64,000 nucleotides of DNA from Bacillota bacterium (GCA_021799275.1 JAJZAT010000008.1:11972-75971), one strand, 5' to 3'. Shown: positions 49,324 through 60,154, counted from the first letter of the stretch. Numbers and translations: made by a program. The notes: generated by a model from the letters alone, not told the origin.

Positions 49324-49540
49324 CCGTTCCGCTGGACCTCCCCAAAGCTATGCAAAGATAGATTTGGCGCCGACTTCCTGCTTCAACGGGGCCGGTTGCA
49401 CAGCAGCGGGATGCCTGCTGTCAGAGCCTTCCCCTCCACAGGCAGACGCCGTGGAACTCACGGCGTATTGGGCCAGATTGATGGCTGCGTTCAGGTCACG
49501 ATCGTGCATGGTTCGTGAGGATTCAAGCAAACTGCTTGAG
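49324..49540 (-). mobile_element. tnpB: Non-autonomous IS607-like mini-element (tnpB 3' remnant plus omegaRNA/right end)
   Basis: Encodes HDRDLNAAINL...ACGGEG...KQE (TnpB C-terminus); ends GGAACGG; left flank GGGGG; lower GC than neighbouring genes. Confidence 0.8.
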
Positions 49541-49550
49541 CCCCCGCCGC

Positions 49551-50084
49551 TCAGAGCGGGCCGAACTGGCTGAAGGGCCAATACGCCCAGAACGCGACGC
49601 CCTTCACCTCCGACAGCGCGACCGGCCCGAACATCCGGCTGTCGTCGCTGTCGTCGCGGTGGTCGCCAAGCACGAAGATGTCCCCGGCCGGCACCTTGAC
49701 CGGGGCGATGGAGTCTTTGTCCTCCGTGCTCTCGCCGTGGTGGACCAGGTAGGGCTGCGGCATCTTCCTGCCGTCGACGTAGACCTGGCCGTCCACCATG
49801 GATACCGTCTGCCCCCCCGTGGCGATCACGCGCTTGATGTAGTCGCCCTGGTAGCCGGGGATCGGCGGCTGGAAAACCACGAGTTCGCCGTAGTGCAGAG
49901 GAACGTACCGGGGCGGGAGCTTCGCCACCAGCAGGCGTTCATCGTTCTGCACGGTGTTCTGCATCGAGACGCCGTCGATGATAAATGGCTGCAGGAAGTA
50001 CGCGCGCACCAGGATGGCGGCCGCCAGGGATACGCCGACCACCCGCAGGTTCTCGCGCAGGGATCTGCGCGCTGGCTGAAGCAT
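49551..50084 (-). CDS. lepB: Signal peptidase I
   Basis: One TM, G.SM.NT (Ser), YIKRVI (Lys), FVLGDHR..S.DSR.FG. Confidence 0.93.
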   Translation of the reverse strand: MLQPARRSLRENLRVVGVSLAAAILVRAYFLQPFIIDGVSMQNTVQNDERLLVAKLPPRYVPLHYGELVVFQPPIPGYQGDYIKRVIATGGQTVSMVDGQVYVDGRKMPQPYLVHHGESTEDKDSIAPVKVPAGDIFVLGDHRDDSDDSRMFGPVALSEVKGVAFWAYWPFSQFGPL

Positions 50085-50243
50085 GTCGAACCCCACCTTG
50101 CCGCGCGGTCGCGACAGGTGCTTCGTCTTCCCCCGCAGGGCACACCGTTCCTGCCATCTGCGGCGGCTGCGGCGCAAGAGGGTCCGGCCGGCCCCGCTTG
50201 GGCCATACGGCCCGCGCCATGGGTACCGGCGAAGCGGCTCAGG

Positions 50244-51449
50244 TCAGCGGGCGCCCGCCAGGACGAGCGCGACGCCCTGTCCGACGCCGACGCAGAGCGT
50301 CGCCGCGGCGTACGCGACGGGCCGCTCGGCCAGCTCATGCAGGATCGTCGCCGCGAGCCGCGCGCCGGACATGCCCAAGGGGTGACCCATGGCGATGGCG
50401 CCGCCGTTCGGATTGACGATGCCGGGGTCGAGTCCCAGCTCGTCGATGCACGCGAGACTCTGGGCCGCGAACGCCTCGTTCAGCTCCACGAGGCCAAGGT
50501 CACCGATGCCGAGCCCGGCGCGGCGCAAAGCCTTGCGCAGGGCCGGCACGGGTCCCATGCCCATGTAGCGCGGGTCCACCCCGACTTCCGCCGCGGCCAC
50601 GACCCGGGCCAACGGTCTCAGTTCGTAGCGCCGGACCGCCTCGTCCGACGCCACGAGCAGCATGGCCGCACCGTCGTTGACGCCCGACGCGTTGCCGGCC
50701 GTGACCGTGCCGCCAGGCCGGACGATCGGCCTCAGGGCCGCGAGCGCCTCCATCGTGGTCTCCGGGCGCGGATGCTCGTCCACCGCAACCTGCTCGCGGT
50801 CCCCCCGCCGGCCCCGGACCTCCACCGGCACCACCTCGGGCTGAAACCGCCCGCGGCCCTGGGCCCGCTGCCAGCGCCGCTGGCTCTCGAGCGCGAAGGC
50901 GTCCTGCCGCTCGCGCGCAATGGCGTAGCGCTCGGCCACGTTCTCCGCGGTCTCGGCCATGGACTCGAGGGGAAACCTGCTCGCCAGGACAGGATTCGGG
51001 AAGCGCCAGCCGAGCGTCGTGTCGTAGAGCGTCTGGTCGCCGCGCGGGTACGGACTCTCCCGCTTGCCCACCACATAGGGGGCACGCGACATGGACTCGA
51101 CGCCGCCCGCGAGGAAGAGATCGCCCTCTCCGGCGCGGATCGCGCGCGCGGCGGCGATCACGGCCGAGAGCCCGCTCGCGCAGAGCCGGTTCAGGGTCAT
51201 GCCGGGGACACTGTCCGGCAGGCCCGCGAGCAGAAGCCCCATGCGCGCCACGTTGCGGTTGTCCTCGCCCGCCTGGTTCGTCGCCCCCACGAGCACGTCG
51301 TCGATCTCGCCGGTCGGAATCGCATCATGCCGGCCGAGGAGCTCCTTGATGACCAAGGCCAGGAGGTCGTCCGGTCGGACCGATGCGAGTTTGCCGGCAT
51401 AGCGGCCGATCGGGGTGCGGATGCCATCCACGAGAAAGGCGTCGGCCAC
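50244..51449 (-). CDS. Acetyl-CoA C-acyltransferase (PcaF/PaaJ-like thiolase)
   Basis: [45 protein letters not shown]. Confidence 0.93.
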   Translation of the reverse strand: MADAFLVDGIRTPIGRYAGKLASVRPDDLLALVIKELLGRHDAIPTGEIDDVLVGATNQAGEDNRNVARMGLLLAGLPDSVPGMTLNRLCASGLSAVIAAARAIRAGEGDLFLAGGVESMSRAPYVVGKRESPYPRGDQTLYDTTLGWRFPNPVLASRFPLESMAETAENVAERYAIARERQDAFALESQRRWQRAQGRGRFQPEVVPVEVRGRRGDREQVAVDEHPRPETTMEALAALRPIVRPGGTVTAGNASGVNDGAAMLLVASDEAVRRYELRPLARVVAAAEVGVDPRYMGMGPVPALRKALRRAGLGIGDLGLVELNEAFAAQSLACIDELGLDPGIVNPNGGAIAMGHPLGMSGARLAATILHELAERPVAYAAATLCVGVGQGVALVLAGAR

Positions 51450-51711
51450 CGGGATCCCTCCTTCCGAAGCGGGCATCGAGCGCTGTCCCATGCAAACCGC
51501 AGGGCCGTGCGTCGGGTCGGACCAGACCTCCCGCTGCGGAGCGGGCGCGCTCATCTGCCATATGGAATCGATTCTACCGTGCCGGGATCTTGTCCGGGCT
51601 GTCAAGGAGCAGGAGAGACCGAGGTGCCCGCCGTACGGGACAGTTGTCCGACCAGGTGCCGGGTGGCGACCCGGCGGGCTCCGAGCCTGGCGGCGAAAGG
51701 ACGGACAGCCG

Positions 51712-53283
51712 ATGCCAACCGATCACTTCCACGACCGGGTACGGGACCTGACCGTGCTACTCGCCCAGACACCGTCGGTGAACGGCACCGACGGCGAGGG
51801 ACAGATCCTCGAGGAAACGTATGGACTCCTGGCGCAGCATCCTCTGGCCGGCAAGCGTCTGCGCCTCTTCCGGGGCGAGGACCCGAGCGGCCGGCCGGCG
51901 TTCGTGCTCGCGCACCTGGTTGGCACAGGTCCGCGGGCGGTCCTGCAGTTCGGCCATATCGACACCGTCGGCATCGACGACTACGGCCCTCTGCGTCATC
52001 TGGCCTTCCGGCCGCTCGAGCTCACCCAGCACATCGGCGACGGACTGCTCGGAGCGGATCTTGCCCACCTCGCCCAAAGCGGGGAATGGCTCTTCGGGCG
52101 CGGCGTGCTCGACATGAAGGCCGGCGTGGCCGCCACCCTCGGGGTGCTCGAGCACTTCGCGCAGGAGCCCGCCGCGGGTCATCTCCTCGTCGCGCTGACC
52201 GCGGACGAAGAGGCGGGCTCTGCGGGGATCCGCGCCCTGACGCGCTTTCTCGCCCCTTACCTCGAGCAGGAGGGTCTCCATCTCGCGGGCATCGTCAACA
52301 CCGACGCCACCGGACCACGGCCCGGTCTCGCGGGTCCCCAGGACCGCCTCGCCTACTCCGGCAGCATCGGCAAGCTCCTGACCTGCGCCTATGTGCGCGG
52401 CGTTCCGAGCCACGTGGGCGAGCCCGAGACGGGCCTCGATCCGGATTACGTGCTCGCCGAGATCACCCGCCGCGCCGTGTACGCCGAGGGGCTGCGCGAC
52501 GGCGAGGGACCGGAGCGCGCGGCCTTGCCCGTATCGCTGCAGGCTCGCGACGACAAGGCTTCCTACGACGTGCAGACGCCGCTCTCTGCCGTCGGCTGCT
52601 ACAACGTCCTCTACGTGGAGCGCAGCCCGGGCGACATCCTGGGGGCCTTCAGGGCGATCGCCGAGGAGGCGGCCACCGCGGTCCGCGAGCGGCTCGAGGA
52701 TGCGTTCGGCCAAGGGCCAGACCTCAAGGTGTACACGTTCGAAGAGCTTGTGCGATTGGCCAGGCAGCAGGGCATCTGGGACGAGCTCGCCGAAAGGCTG
52801 GCCCAAAACCTCTCCACCACATCCGGCCCCGCATGGCGCTCCCATGCGGTGCACGAGCTCGCGGGCGCCGTGCTCGGACGAGAGCCCGCCATCGTCGTCT
52901 TCTTCGGTCACGGTCTGATTCCCAAGGTGTCCACCGGCGACGCGGGACGGCGCATCCTCGCGAGAACCCTTTCGAGCCACAGCCAGCAGTCGGGGAACCG
53001 CTACCACCAGCGACGCTTTTTCCCGCTGATCAGCGACCTCAGTTTCGTCGCCGCCTCGGAAGACTGGCAGGACGCCTCGTTCTGGGCGAACGACCCCGTC
53101 GCGGCGCTGACCGGCAGGGGGTACCCCCCTGCGCTCGTCGCCGACGCCGTCTTCATGATCGGTCCCCACGGCGAGGGGGCGCACCGGGTGGACGAGCGGC
53201 TGCACATGCCGTACAGCTTCGAGCACGTGCCGCAACTCCTCGTCCGCCTGACGAACGACCTCTGGACGCCACCCGCAGTCTGA
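51712..53283 (+). CDS. rocB: RocB-like M20 metallopeptidase/hydrolase
   Basis: SVNGT.GE, GHIDTV...DYG, GRG.LDMKAG, DEE, GSIGK, HVG, ISDLS, GP....AH...ER. Confidence 0.8.
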   Translation: MPTDHFHDRVRDLTVLLAQTPSVNGTDGEGQILEETYGLLAQHPLAGKRLRLFRGEDPSGRPAFVLAHLVGTGPRAVLQFGHIDTVGIDDYGPLRHLAFRPLELTQHIGDGLLGADLAHLAQSGEWLFGRGVLDMKAGVAATLGVLEHFAQEPAAGHLLVALTADEEAGSAGIRALTRFLAPYLEQEGLHLAGIVNTDATGPRPGLAGPQDRLAYSGSIGKLLTCAYVRGVPSHVGEPETGLDPDYVLAEITRRAVYAEGLRDGEGPERAALPVSLQARDDKASYDVQTPLSAVGCYNVLYVERSPGDILGAFRAIAEEAATAVRERLEDAFGQGPDLKVYTFEELVRLARQQGIWDELAERLAQNLSTTSGPAWRSHAVHELAGAVLGREPAIVVFFGHGLIPKVSTGDAGRRILARTLSSHSQQSGNRYHQRRFFPLISDLSFVAASEDWQDASFWANDPVAALTGRGYPPALVADAVFMIGPHGEGAHRVDERLHMPYSFEHVPQLLVRLTNDLWTPPAV

Positions 53284-53302
53284 CCCAGCGAGGAGGAATG
53301 GC

Positions 53303-54382
53303 GTGACATCCCCGAGGAGCCTCGGTCCGACGCCTTGGCAACTCCGGCCCGGCAGCCTGAACACGATCTGCGACGTGCCAGGCGTGCTGGTCGGCCACAG
53401 CACGATCCGCGAGGACGCCCCCGTCGTCGCCCGCACCGGCGTGACGGTCATCCTGCCGCCCGCCGACCTGCCACTCGAGCGTCTGCCTGCGGCCGGCGTC
53501 GTCTTCAACGGCACGGGCGAGATGACCGGCCTCCACCAGGTGAACGAGTGGGGCCAGCTCGAGACGCCGATCGCGCTCACGGGCACCGCCGCGCTGCCGC
53601 TCGTCCTGCAGGGCCTGGCCGAGCACATGTTCGAGCGCTGCGCGGCGCTCGGACGCACCATGGCGCCGTGCCTGCCCATCGTTGCCGAGTGCAACGACAT
53701 GTGGCTCTCCGACGCTCGCCAAAGCCCCGTCCGCCCCCATCACGTGCGGGAGGCGATCGTCGCGGCGCGTGGCGACCAGACGGAATGGGGCTCGGTCGGG
53801 GCCGGGACCGGCATGGTCTCGTTCGGCTTTCGCGGCGGCATCGGCAGCGCCTCGCGCCGCATCGTCATCGGCGACGAGACGTTCCACCTGGGGACCGTCT
53901 GCCTTGTCAACTTCGGCCAGAGCGGCGATCTCATCGTCCTCGGCCGGCCGATGGGCCACCTGCCCGGGGAGGTGGTGCGCCGCCCGCAGGCGCCACCTCC
54001 GCCCGACGGCTCCCTGATCGCGGTGCTCGCCACCGACGCGCCGCTCGACCACCTGCAGCTGCGCCGCGTCGCCGCGCGGGCATCGCTCGGCATGGCACGC
54101 GTCGGCAGCTACGGCAGGCACGGCAGCGGCGACATCTTCATCGCCTTCTCCACCGTCGGCCAGCGGGACGAGCCCGACCGGCCCTTCACCTTGCGGCGCT
54201 CGCTGCGCGCGGACCTCCTTGCGGACTTCTTCCGCGTCGCCGTCGAGACGACGGAGGAAGGCATCCTGCACGCGCTCTTCACCGCAAGTGACGAGACCGG
54301 CTTCCTCGGACGGCATGTAGACGCCGTGCCCGAGGCAGAGGTGCGGACCCGACTGGGTGGGCAGGCGAGCGGCAGCTTCTAG
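53303..54382 (+). CDS. DmpA/P1 (S58) family aminopeptidase
   Basis: N.ICDVPGV.VGH, TGVT, NG.GE.TG, ECND, G.VGAGTG, GGIGSASR, G-S autoproteolysis site (DGSL), GSGD. Confidence 0.9.
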   Translation: MTSPRSLGPTPWQLRPGSLNTICDVPGVLVGHSTIREDAPVVARTGVTVILPPADLPLERLPAAGVVFNGTGEMTGLHQVNEWGQLETPIALTGTAALPLVLQGLAEHMFERCAALGRTMAPCLPIVAECNDMWLSDARQSPVRPHHVREAIVAARGDQTEWGSVGAGTGMVSFGFRGGIGSASRRIVIGDETFHLGTVCLVNFGQSGDLIVLGRPMGHLPGEVVRRPQAPPPPDGSLIAVLATDAPLDHLQLRRVAARASLGMARVGSYGRHGSGDIFIAFSTVGQRDEPDRPFTLRRSLRADLLADFFRVAVETTEEGILHALFTASDETGFLGRHVDAVPEAEVRTRLGGQASGSF

Positions 54383-55515
54383 TCCAGGGTGAATCCTGGC
54401 CTGATCTCGAACGGCTCCCCGCCGAAGCGGTCCGGCCGCAGATGCGGCGCCTCGGCGAGGCCGAGCGCCACCTTCGCCGCCAGCTCACCGATCGCCGGGC
54501 CGCGCATTACACCGATGCCCTGGTCGCCGCAGGCGACATAGAGACCGTCCGCAAGGCGTCCGACGAGCGGGCGGCGATCCGGCGTCGCCCCGACGAGTCC
54601 GGCCCAGCTCGAGCGCAGGCCGGCCCGCTCGCCGAGGCTCGACACCATGAGCAGACGCTCGGCGATCTCCTCCTCGAACTGGTCGTCGCCGGACGTCTGG
54701 TAGTCATCAGGGTCGAATTCGGAAAGGCGGGTGCCGTCTCCCGCAAGCACGTCCCTCTCACCGTCCGGCACCATGTAGACGTCGGTCGAGAGGTGCCAGA
54801 CCATCGGCAGCCGGTGCGGCTCGGAAAGTTCCAGCGAGGACAGCTGCACGCGGTATGGGAGAAGGGCGAGATCGAGACCGGCGGTGCGCACCAGCTTGCG
54901 CGTCCAGGTGCCCGCCGCGATCAGGACGCGGTGCCCCTCGTACGTCTCGTCGCCCGCGAGGACAGACACCTTGCCGCCCTCGACCCTTATGGCGTCGGCG
55001 TGGCTCTCGGTCCTGAGCGTCAGGCCGAGGTCTCGCGCCGAGGCGGTCGCCTGCTGGGCGTAGGCGGTCGGGTTGAGGTGCCAGTCGTTCGGCGTCCAGA
55101 GCGCGACCGTATCCTCCCGCAGGCGATCGAGCCGCGGGAAGCGGCGCACGATCTCCGGACGGTCGAGAAGCTCGTGCGGGACGCCCCGCTCGCGCAGGTC
55201 CTTGATCCGGCCGTACAGGGAAGCCACGTGCTCGCCCTCGGCGAGGGTCAACATGCCGACCTTGCGCGCGACCGAGACGTCGCCACTCTGCTCCCGCGCC
55301 TCGCCGTACAGCTCGCGGCTGCGGGAGACGAAGGCCTGGTCCTCGAGGTGCCAGAGGAGATCGGTCAGGATGCCGCCAGACTTCGCGGAACTTTCCTGCG
55401 CGAGCCCGATGTTGGACTCCAGCAGGAGCATGGAATGCACACCGGCCCGCGCGGCCGCCTGCGCCGCAGCGCTTCCCCACACGCCTCCACCCACGATGAC
55501 CAGGTCGTACGTCAC
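54379..55515 (-). CDS. FAD-dependent oxidoreductase (DAO/sarcosine oxidase-like)
   Basis: YDLVIVGGG..G, AAG.W, WAG....TPD..P.VG; GTG after GGAGG. Confidence 0.88.
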   Translation of the reverse strand: MTYDLVIVGGGVWGSAAAQAAARAGVHSMLLLESNIGLAQESSAKSGGILTDLLWHLEDQAFVSRSRELYGEAREQSGDVSVARKVGMLTLAEGEHVASLYGRIKDLRERGVPHELLDRPEIVRRFPRLDRLREDTVALWTPNDWHLNPTAYAQQATASARDLGLTLRTESHADAIRVEGGKVSVLAGDETYEGHRVLIAAGTWTRKLVRTAGLDLALLPYRVQLSSLELSEPHRLPMVWHLSTDVYMVPDGERDVLAGDGTRLSEFDPDDYQTSGDDQFEEEIAERLLMVSSLGERAGLRSSWAGLVGATPDRRPLVGRLADGLYVACGDQGIGVMRGPAIGELAAKVALGLAEAPHLRPDRFGGEPFEIRPGFTLD

Positions 55516-55968
55516 GAGAGCCCCTCCATTCGGCTGCCGCCAAGGTGCGGCCCAAGGGGCTTCGCAGGCAGCATGGCCGCTTCCTTCCTCCCGCGCCATG
55601 GAGGAGCGCTTTCGTCGCGACGCGAAGACGTGCGCGCAGGGCAGCGGCATAAGCGCCCGGGCAACGGCGTATCCTGGGGCGCGATCCAACGGCCCCGGGG
55701 CACCTGGGCTGGGACGAGCCCACGGAGGCCCCTCCAATGTGCTCAACCGGCACGACAGCCGTTCCGCGGCGGATCCGCGCGAAGATACTAGCAGGTCTTT
55801 CCCCCGGGACCTCGGCGGCGGCCTGGCCGTCGCCACGGCGGGGATGGCCGCGACGCCCTGTCGCCGCCCACCGCAAGGTCGCGTCCGCCGCCGCACGGCG
55901 GCTTGCCAAAGGCGTTCATCCGGCCCTCACAGCTCTGCGTCACCGTTCACCGCGGAAGGGATGATCGC

Positions 55969-58746
55969 TTGCGCCCCAGGTTGCTCGTGACCGCATTGGT
56001 TCTGCTTGGCCTCCTGTCGCTCGTCTGGCCGCAGACGACGCGTGACGGCAGCCGCGAGGTGCAGACACCGAGACCACGGCGGCCCGTCGCCACAGAGGCT
56101 GCGCCGCAGCCGCGCACAGCCCTGCAAGCGGCATGGCAGGCGGCGATCGCCAGCAGGTCGGTGACGCGCAGCGCGCACATCTCCGCCTATGCCTACGACC
56201 TCACAAGCCACCAGGTGCTCGCCGCGATCAACCCGCAAAACCGCCAGATTCCCGCCTCCGTCATGAAGATGTTCACCACCGCCGCAGCTCTGCAGGAGCT
56301 CGGTCCGGGCTTCACCTACGAGACGCGCGTGGAGGCCTCCCCCCTGGCCGTGGCCGGACAGGGCGGCCCGCTCTATCTGGTCGGGGGCGGCAACGCCTGG
56401 CTGGAGGCTCAGGGCAACCAAGGGCTCGAGCAGCTCGCGGCGCAGGTGGCCAAGAAGGTGCGCCACGCGACGCGGGTGATCGGCGTCGGCACGCTGTTCC
56501 CCGGGCCTGGAGCCGGCCCCGGCTGGTCGGCGGGCGAACTCGCGGCCGACTACGGCACCGGCGCGCAGGCGCTCGAGGCGGAACTCTCCTCCGTGGAGGT
56601 CTACGTGCAGGCGGGCGCCCGCCCTGGTCAGCCTGTCACGGCGTCGCTGCACTTCACCGGCCGGATCGCCTTGCCCGGCTACTTCACGCTTCACGTCACG
56701 GCCCGCACCGTCGCGGGCGCGAGCCCGGCGCCGAACGTGACAAGACTCATGGGCAGCGAGACGATCGTCGTCTCCGGCACGATGCGGGCGGGTACCAGCC
56801 TTGCGGTCAACATCTCGCCCGCGGACCCCGCGCACTTCGCCGCGGCCCTGTTCCAGGCGGCCCTCCAGCAGCAGGGCGTCCGCTTCACGGCTCCCGCGAC
56901 GTCCGGCAGCCTGCCGGGAGGCCAGAACCTTATCGCCTCGCTCCTGTCGCCGCCCTTGCGTCTCCTCCTTCCGCTGCAGAACCGCTATTCGATCAACCAG
57001 ATGGCCGACAACCTCTTTCGCGCCGTCGGTCTCAAGATGGAGGGCAGCGGCTCCGCCGCCGCCGCGCAACAGGCGATGGACGCCTTCCTCGCGCAGGCAG
57101 GCCTTGGCGGCCTGCCGCAGCAGTACGACGGTTCCGGTCTCTCGCCCCTCGACCTCGAGAGCGCCCAGGACGTCGTTTCGCTGCTGAGCTATGCGGCCTC
57201 GCGGCCCTGGTTCTCCTATTTCCGCAGTTCCATGATGGAGGCCGGCAACCCGACCCCAGAGATCTGCGGCATCCTCTGCGGCCATTTCGTCGGCACCCCG
57301 GCACAGGACAAGGTCTGGCTGAAGACGGGCAACCTCGACAACCAATGGAACTACGCCGGCTACGCCACCGCGAGAAACGGCGACCTGATCGCCTTCGCCG
57401 TTCTCGAGGAGGGCCCGGGCGCCGCCTCCCTGGCGAGCTCCTACGGCCGGCCGAGCGCCATCGACCAGATGGTGATCGACCTGGCGACCTGGCCCGCCGA
57501 GCCGGCCGGGACCGCGGCCGCCCAGCCGCCCGCGACCTCGCCGCCGGCCTTCGTGCAGAAGGCGCTGCAAGGTCTGCCCGCTGAGGCCGGTGCTGTCGAG
57601 GGCGTCGCGGTGCTCGATCTCAAGACGGGACGCATGGTCTACAGCTCGGGCGCGTATCAGCTCGTCCGGACGAACTGGCTGCCCCGCCTCGGGCTGCTCG
57701 CGGCCGCCCTGCAGGGCGGATCGCGCGGCTTCGCGGCCCCGACGGTATCCGCCCAGACCACGCCGCATGGCGGCATTCTCACGGGCCCGCTCGTGCTGCA
57801 GGGCGCCATGGATCCGGCCCTCAGCGCGCAGAACCTCGCCACTCTGGCCGCCGAGGTGCAGGCGAAAGGCATCCGGGAGGTCACGGGACCGCTGCTATAC
57901 CTCACGGTCGGGCCTTCGTCCGGCAACCCTTCCCGGTGGCCGGAGGGCACCACCTGGGAGGAGATCGGCCAGAGCTACCAGCCACCCGCCGGCCGGCTGC
58001 TCGCAGGCGCTGACCTCGTGCGGATCGAGGCCAGCAGCGTGGGCAACGCGATCAAGGTCAGCCTGGAACCGCAGGATGCCCCGATCCGTGTGACCGTCCA
58101 GGCGTCGGTCGGCCAGGGCGGCCAGCTGACGGCCGCGTGGTCGCCGAACCGGAACGCCGTCGTGCTCGCCGGCAGCCTCGCGCCGGGCGCGACGCAGACT
58201 CTCGAAGTGACCGCGCCGGACGCGGGCCTCCTCGCCGCGACCGAGTTCAGGGACGCGCTGTCCGCGGTGGGCGTGAATGTGGTGGGCGGTATCCGCCCGA
58301 CCGACAGCCCCGGCGCCGCCCGGCCCATCGCCTCGCTCCCCGCGCCCGCTCTCGCGTCGCTCGCGAGCCCTCTCCTGACGAGCTCGTCGACGCTCGACGC
58401 GGCGCAGCTCGACCTGCTGCTCGGCGGCAACGCCAGCGGAGCCATACGCCAGGTTCTCGGGGCGCCGGACATGATCCCCGACCCCACCGGCAGTTCCTTC
58501 GACGACTACATGACGCCCGCGAGCGCCGTGGAGCTGCTCCGCGGCATCTGGCACAGCCCGCGCGACCTCTCCCTGCGCACGGCGCTCGGCACAGGCGGCC
58601 TCTGGCAGGTGTCGGCGCCCGGCACGGCGCTCGAGAGCGGCTACATCAAGGGACCGGGCGGGGCGGTCTACGCGGTCGCGGCGCTCGAGAGCGGCCTCCT
58701 CTGGCAGGGCGGCTTCGGCGAGGCGATCAACCCGCCGACCCCTTGA
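55969..58746 (+). CDS. dacB: D-Ala-D-Ala carboxypeptidase/endopeptidase PBP4 (S13) fused to a second, degenerate S13 domain
   Basis: N-terminal anchor; PASVMK, SIN, DGSGLS, KTG in domain 1; domain 2 homologous but lacks the motifs. Confidence 0.85.
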   Translation: MRPRLLVTALVLLGLLSLVWPQTTRDGSREVQTPRPRRPVATEAAPQPRTALQAAWQAAIASRSVTRSAHISAYAYDLTSHQVLAAINPQNRQIPASVMKMFTTAAALQELGPGFTYETRVEASPLAVAGQGGPLYLVGGGNAWLEAQGNQGLEQLAAQVAKKVRHATRVIGVGTLFPGPGAGPGWSAGELAADYGTGAQALEAELSSVEVYVQAGARPGQPVTASLHFTGRIALPGYFTLHVTARTVAGASPAPNVTRLMGSETIVVSGTMRAGTSLAVNISPADPAHFAAALFQAALQQQGVRFTAPATSGSLPGGQNLIASLLSPPLRLLLPLQNRYSINQMADNLFRAVGLKMEGSGSAAAAQQAMDAFLAQAGLGGLPQQYDGSGLSPLDLESAQDVVSLLSYAASRPWFSYFRSSMMEAGNPTPEICGILCGHFVGTPAQDKVWLKTGNLDNQWNYAGYATARNGDLIAFAVLEEGPGAASLASSYGRPSAIDQMVIDLATWPAEPAGTAAAQPPATSPPAFVQKALQGLPAEAGAVEGVAVLDLKTGRMVYSSGAYQLVRTNWLPRLGLLAAALQGGSRGFAAPTVSAQTTPHGGILTGPLVLQGAMDPALSAQNLATLAAEVQAKGIREVTGPLLYLTVGPSSGNPSRWPEGTTWEEIGQSYQPPAGRLLAGADLVRIEASSVGNAIKVSLEPQDAPIRVTVQASVGQGGQLTAAWSPNRNAVVLAGSLAPGATQTLEVTAPDAGLLAATEFRDALSAVGVNVVGGIRPTDSPGAARPIASLPAPALASLASPLLTSSSTLDAAQLDLLLGGNASGAIRQVLGAPDMIPDPTGSSFDDYMTPASAVELLRGIWHSPRDLSLRTALGTGGLWQVSAPGTALESGYIKGPGGAVYAVAALESGLLWQGGFGEAINPPTP

Positions 58747-58819
58747 CCCAACCGGCGTAACGCGGCGACCCAAAACGGCCCGCTCGGGCACCATACTCCC
58801 GAAATCGGGAGGTGGTGGC

Positions 58820-59908
58820 ATGCAAGCGAACGGGCGTCGCGGGCGGCTCTTGCTCGCGCTGCTGGCCTTGACGCTGCCCGCGTGCGGCGGTGTGGGCCTG
58901 CAGGCGGCCGACCCGGATCCTCCCCTGCCGCCGATGTCCGCCATGATGCGAGGCATGACCGAAGCGGGCTACAAACCGAACGTCCTCACGTCGCCGCAGG
59001 TCACCCGGGAACTCCCACGCATGAAGCGGGACGGCATCACGTGGCTCGCCATCCAGGTCGCGTGGTTCCAGGACACGAACCAGTCCGTGACGATCCGGCC
59101 GAGTTCCCGCTTCACCCCGAGCGACGCGAGCGTGCGGTCCCTTGTGGCCCTGGCGCATCGCCAGGGCATGCGCGTCTTCCTGAATCCCTTCGTGAACTCG
59201 CTGCAGGGCAACGGCTGGCAGGCCAAGTTCGCTCCGACCTCGCCGGCGAGATGGTTCAAGAGCTTCGACGCCTATCTGGCCCATTACGCCAGCCTCGCGC
59301 AGCAGACGCGGGCCGACCTCTTCGCGATCGGCGACGAGTTCGACAGCCTGGACGCGGTCCCGGCCTACCGCCCGTACTGGCTGCAGGCGATCGCCGTCGC
59401 CCGCAGGTACTACCATGGCCCCATCGTCTACGGCGCCGACTACCCGCACTACCAGCAGGTGACGTTCTGGCAGGCCCTCGACGACGTCGGCATCGACGCC
59501 TACTTTCCCCTGTCCGAGCGGCCGAATCCGTCCGCCGCGACGCTCGCGGCGAGCTGGCGACGGTACGCGGCCGAGATCGAGGCCTGGCGCAAGTCCACCG
59601 GCCTCGACCGCAAGGGCTTCATCATCACGGAACTCGGCTACCCCTCCGAGGACGGAGCGGCGGCCCAGCCGGGCTCCTGGTTCCCCCGCCAGCCGGTGAA
59701 CCTCGCCCTGCAGCAGCACCTCTACGAGGCGACGCTGTCCACGATCGCGCAGGAGCCTTGGCTGCGCGGGCTCTTCTGGTTCTGGTGGGCGAATCCGTCC
59801 AACCCGAACTGGCAGGGCGGCACCCGCGACAACGGCTACACGCCCCGGGGCAAGCCGGCGGAGGCCACCTTGCGCCAGTACTTCTCCCATCCGGCCGGAT
59901 CCGCCTGA
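58820..59908 (+). CDS. GH113-like glycoside hydrolase lipoprotein
   Basis: Lipobox-like LPAC; IGDE, YGA, D.VGIDAYFPL, TELGY, G.FWFWW, GKPAE. Confidence 0.8.
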   Translation: MQANGRRGRLLLALLALTLPACGGVGLQAADPDPPLPPMSAMMRGMTEAGYKPNVLTSPQVTRELPRMKRDGITWLAIQVAWFQDTNQSVTIRPSSRFTPSDASVRSLVALAHRQGMRVFLNPFVNSLQGNGWQAKFAPTSPARWFKSFDAYLAHYASLAQQTRADLFAIGDEFDSLDAVPAYRPYWLQAIAVARRYYHGPIVYGADYPHYQQVTFWQALDDVGIDAYFPLSERPNPSAATLAASWRRYAAEIEAWRKSTGLDRKGFIITELGYPSEDGAAAQPGSWFPRQPVNLALQQHLYEATLSTIAQEPWLRGLFWFWWANPSNPNWQGGTRDNGYTPRGKPAEATLRQYFSHPAGSA

Positions 59909-59931
59909 AGGGGCCGGGGGCTCCGCAGCAT

Positions 59932-59965
59932 GGCCGGGCGGCGACGTCGCCCGGCTGGCTTTTTT
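59932..59965 (+). terminator. Intrinsic terminator
   Basis: GCCGGGCGGCG/CGTCGCCCGGC followed by TTTTTT. Confidence 0.7.
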
Positions 59966-60154
59966 CGCGGCATAGGGTCTCCAGTTTGGGTATTTGGCCA
60001 GGAACTTCATGAGCGTCTCCTAGGTGAGCGGAAAGAATGGGCCACACCGGCAGGTGCTAGGCAGGGCATCGCGAATGATGCGAGCGATCATCTTGCGACA
60101 GCTTCCGCCAAACTGCTGCCGGAGATGACACAGATGACCAAAGGAGGTTCGTGC

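Noticed and set aside
59966..60150. Purine riboswitch before the nucleoside ABC operon
   Set aside because: No TATGG...GTTTCTACC...CCGTAAA core
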